IMG/VR virus record: IMGVR_UViG_3300032288_002010
Coordinates: 1-61,593 of that record
Origin: a virus
Lineage: Duplodnaviria; Caudoviricetes
Length of the DNA stretch: 61,593 nt
Reading direction: 5' to 3' (one strand)
In this document: one piece after another, positions 59,716-61,593 of the stretch
How the letters are laid out: each line of letters opens with the position of its first letter
Numbering within the stretch: the first letter of the stretch is position 1
Notes under the pieces: generated by a model
What the model was told of the DNA's origin: nothing
The model's input: the letters and a program-made list of their open reading frames with translations, nothing else
Databases searched by the model: none
Translations under genes and position numbers: made by a program

Positions 59716-59850
59716 TTATTCCACAATGTCATCAGACACATCAATAAATTCGGCTATGTAGTCTAGTGATTCTTTAACAGAGTTCCAATCAGTATTTTCA
59801 TAACTATACTTGATCAGTCTATAGAGTTCTTGCAATTCTTCTTCGTTCAT
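59716..59850 (-). CDS. Small acidic hypothetical protein, 44 aa (MNEEELQELYRLIKYSYENTDWNSVKESLDYIAEFIDVSDDIVE)
   Basis: Translated by hand; fills the gap and stops 4 nt before the next ATG. Confidence 0.6.
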   Translation of the reverse strand: MNEEELQELYRLIKYSYENTDWNSVKESLDYIAEFIDVSDDIVE

Positions 59851-59916
59851 ATATATTGAATATTTATCCTCAAGTATAAAATATATATTACGATTTGAAG
59901 AAATTAATTTTTTTAT

Positions 59917-60954
59917 TTAAAAGCTTGTAAACATTCCTCTTACTCCTGGAACTTTTTGTTTAACAATCTTTTCTACTGGTTTTTCAACAACCTTTTCAAC
60001 AATTTTTTCCACAGGCTTTTCAACCTCAACAACTTTCTCTACAATTTTTTCGACTTCAACAGGCTTTTCTACAATTTTTTCAACCACCTGTGGTTCAGGT
60101 TTTTGTTCAACGGGTGATGATTCTTTTTGTTTATCAACATTTTTATATAAGTTATAATCCTTATCATCTTCATCGTTATAAACTCTGTTTGAAGATATAT
60201 TGTAAGCTAATAATAGTATAATGGCAAGTGGGTCAAACACTACAATCAATATTATAATGAACCATTTAGCTACTTTTTGAATAGTGGTGTTGAATTCATC
60301 TGCTACGAATTTAAATGTAGTGATATCCTTCTTTTGACTATTCTCCATTTTTAACTTAAATATACCATCATCTATTTTAGAAACTTTATCACCAGAAATT
60401 TTCAACTTTTCATTTTCAGCTTCCATTTGTTTATTAATGTCTGTGATTTGGTCATTAATTTGGTTTTGTATATTTTGAAATTGAATTGGATTTCTAGCAA
60501 TAACAACATTTGTTAATGTTTCTGATAATCTAGATTCTTGTGAAGATCTTAACTTAAACAAATTACTAATAGAACTTTTTGTGGACTCGATTTTTTTACT
60601 TTCTTCGACTTTTTGAGTCTCTAACGCCGCAATTTTAGATATAGACACTTCGTTTTCAAGTGAAGATTTTTGAAATGCAGATGTAAGAAAACCAAAAACA
60701 CCGAGTGATGTAATTGCCATCAATGCAAATACAGCAAAAATCATGTAAACTCTCATTAATATATTCGCTCTATCCCAATATCTAAACAACCAAGAAGTTG
60801 TTACGAGTTTGCCCAATTCTAAAGAAGATGCCATAATCATTGCAGCGATTGTTGCTCCTGAAAATAACATACCAATACCGTATACACTAAAATACGCAGC
60901 ACATCCAGCTATTAGTAAAGAACTAAGTATCACCAAGTGTTTAAATTTTATCAT
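59917..60954 (-). CDS. Multi-TM membrane protein with coiled coil and VEK repeats
   Basis: Three N-terminal TMs, coiled coil, TM IIILIVVFDPLAIILLLA, VEKIVEKPVE repeats; TATTTATA at 60958-60965. Confidence 0.7.
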   Translation of the reverse strand: MIKFKHLVILSSLLIAGCAAYFSVYGIGMLFSGATIAAMIMASSLELGKLVTTSWLFRYWDRANILMRVYMIFAVFALMAITSLGVFGFLTSAFQKSSLENEVSISKIAALETQKVEESKKIESTKSSISNLFKLRSSQESRLSETLTNVVIARNPIQFQNIQNQINDQITDINKQMEAENEKLKISGDKVSKIDDGIFKLKMENSQKKDITTFKFVADEFNTTIQKVAKWFIIILIVVFDPLAIILLLAYNISSNRVYNDEDDKDYNLYKNVDKQKESSPVEQKPEPQVVEKIVEKPVEVEKIVEKVVEVEKPVEKIVEKVVEKPVEKIVKQKVPGVRGMFTSF

Positions 60955-60975
60955 ATATATAAATATTTGAATATT

Positions 60976-61005
60976 AAAAAACCCCGTTAATTTAATAACG
61001 GGGTT
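60976..61005 (-). terminator. Rho-independent terminator after Hsp20
   Basis: aaccccgtta/taacggggtt stem with U-tract. Confidence 0.85.
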
Positions 61006-61025
61006 AACATAACCATGATTGACTA

Positions 61026-61508
61026 TTAATCAATCTTTACTTTTTTTGTTTCTGGAACTGTAGGTTTAACCTTTGAGAGTGTCACCTTTAACAATCCATT
61101 TTCAAACTTTGCCGTCGGATTTCTTCGATCAATTTGATCACCCAATGTAAAACTGCGCTTAAAACTACTATGTTTTAACTCTCGACGAATGTACTTTCCT
61201 GATGATTCTTTATCATCAACCTTTTTAATCTTCTGACCACTTATAGTGAGTACATTTTCTTGTACATCGACAGAAACCTCTTCTTTTGATAAACCAGGAA
61301 TTTCAGCCAGAATTTCTACACGATCATTGTAATCGATAACGTCTACTCGGGGATAACTCTGTTTTTCAAAAAAACCAACACCTAACTCTTTGTTTAATTC
61401 TGGGAAATGAGCCGCAAATACTTCATCAAATACGCGGTCAAATGGGGTTAAAAACTCATCACGATCAACATGACGTAATGCAAACGGACTATATTTTACT
61501 ACTGACAT
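61026..61508 (-). CDS. hsp20: Small heat shock protein (Hsp20/alpha-crystallin)
   Basis: YPRVDV, AEIPG..KEEV.V, LTISG, SFKRSFTL, AKFENGLLKV; SD GAAAGG. Confidence 0.93.
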   Translation of the reverse strand: MSVVKYSPFALRHVDRDEFLTPFDRVFDEVFAAHFPELNKELGVGFFEKQSYPRVDVIDYNDRVEILAEIPGLSKEEVSVDVQENVLTISGQKIKKVDDKESSGKYIRRELKHSSFKRSFTLGDQIDRRNPTAKFENGLLKVTLSKVKPTVPETKKVKID

Positions 61509-61593
61509 ATATTTACCTTTCTTTTTTAATAATTCTATTGAACTTATTAACCTAATAGCCTCACTCGAGCACTATAGTAGATGATGTCTATAA

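Noticed and set aside
61555-61575. CIRCE element upstream of hsp20
   Set aside because: Only partial resemblance; TTAGCACTC-N9-GAGTGCTAA is not met.
1-61593. Stop-codon reassignment, as seen in some jumbo phages
   Set aside because: Core genes are full length and tightly packed under the standard code.

Overview
A ~61.6 kb, AT-rich, gene-dense segment of a large T4-like (myovirus, probably jumbo-type) bacteriophage genome, read in the standard code, with most genes on the - strand. It holds most of the morphogenesis region: a collagen-like fibre running off the left edge, gp15/gp14/gp13-like tail-completion and neck genes, major capsid protein, scaffold, prohead protease, portal, large terminase, an oversized tail sheath and a baseplate block (gp6-, gp25- and gp5-like). 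It also holds a natural SbcD-SbcC (gp47-gp46) fusion, primase, RuvC-like resolvase, a Mom-family DNA-modification gene, a probable phage sigma factor and Hsp20. I saw no tRNA, rRNA, CRISPR array or mobile element. Three patterns stand out. (1) A glycosylation/carbamoylation cluster (GT4 fused to an Aah/TibC-type protein O-heptosyltransferase, a second GT fusion, a NodU/CmcH carbamoyltransferase) sits next to the sheath, while virion proteins are dense in [S/T]-x-S tripeptides and the fibre is a nearly Pro-free Gly-Thr-Ser collagen: a candidate phage-encoded virion O-glycosylation system. (2) TATTTATA, the reverse complement of the T4 late promoter, lies 3-5 nt before many start codons, suggesting a leaderless late regulon, including an 18-bp palindrome containing two divergent start codons. 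(3) About seven unrelated proteins, including a ligase-like and a flavodoxin-like enzyme, share an MIKLxxLLxE-type N-terminus resembling a capsid-targeting, protease-cleaved leader. Product calls come from motif recognition by eye, not database searches.
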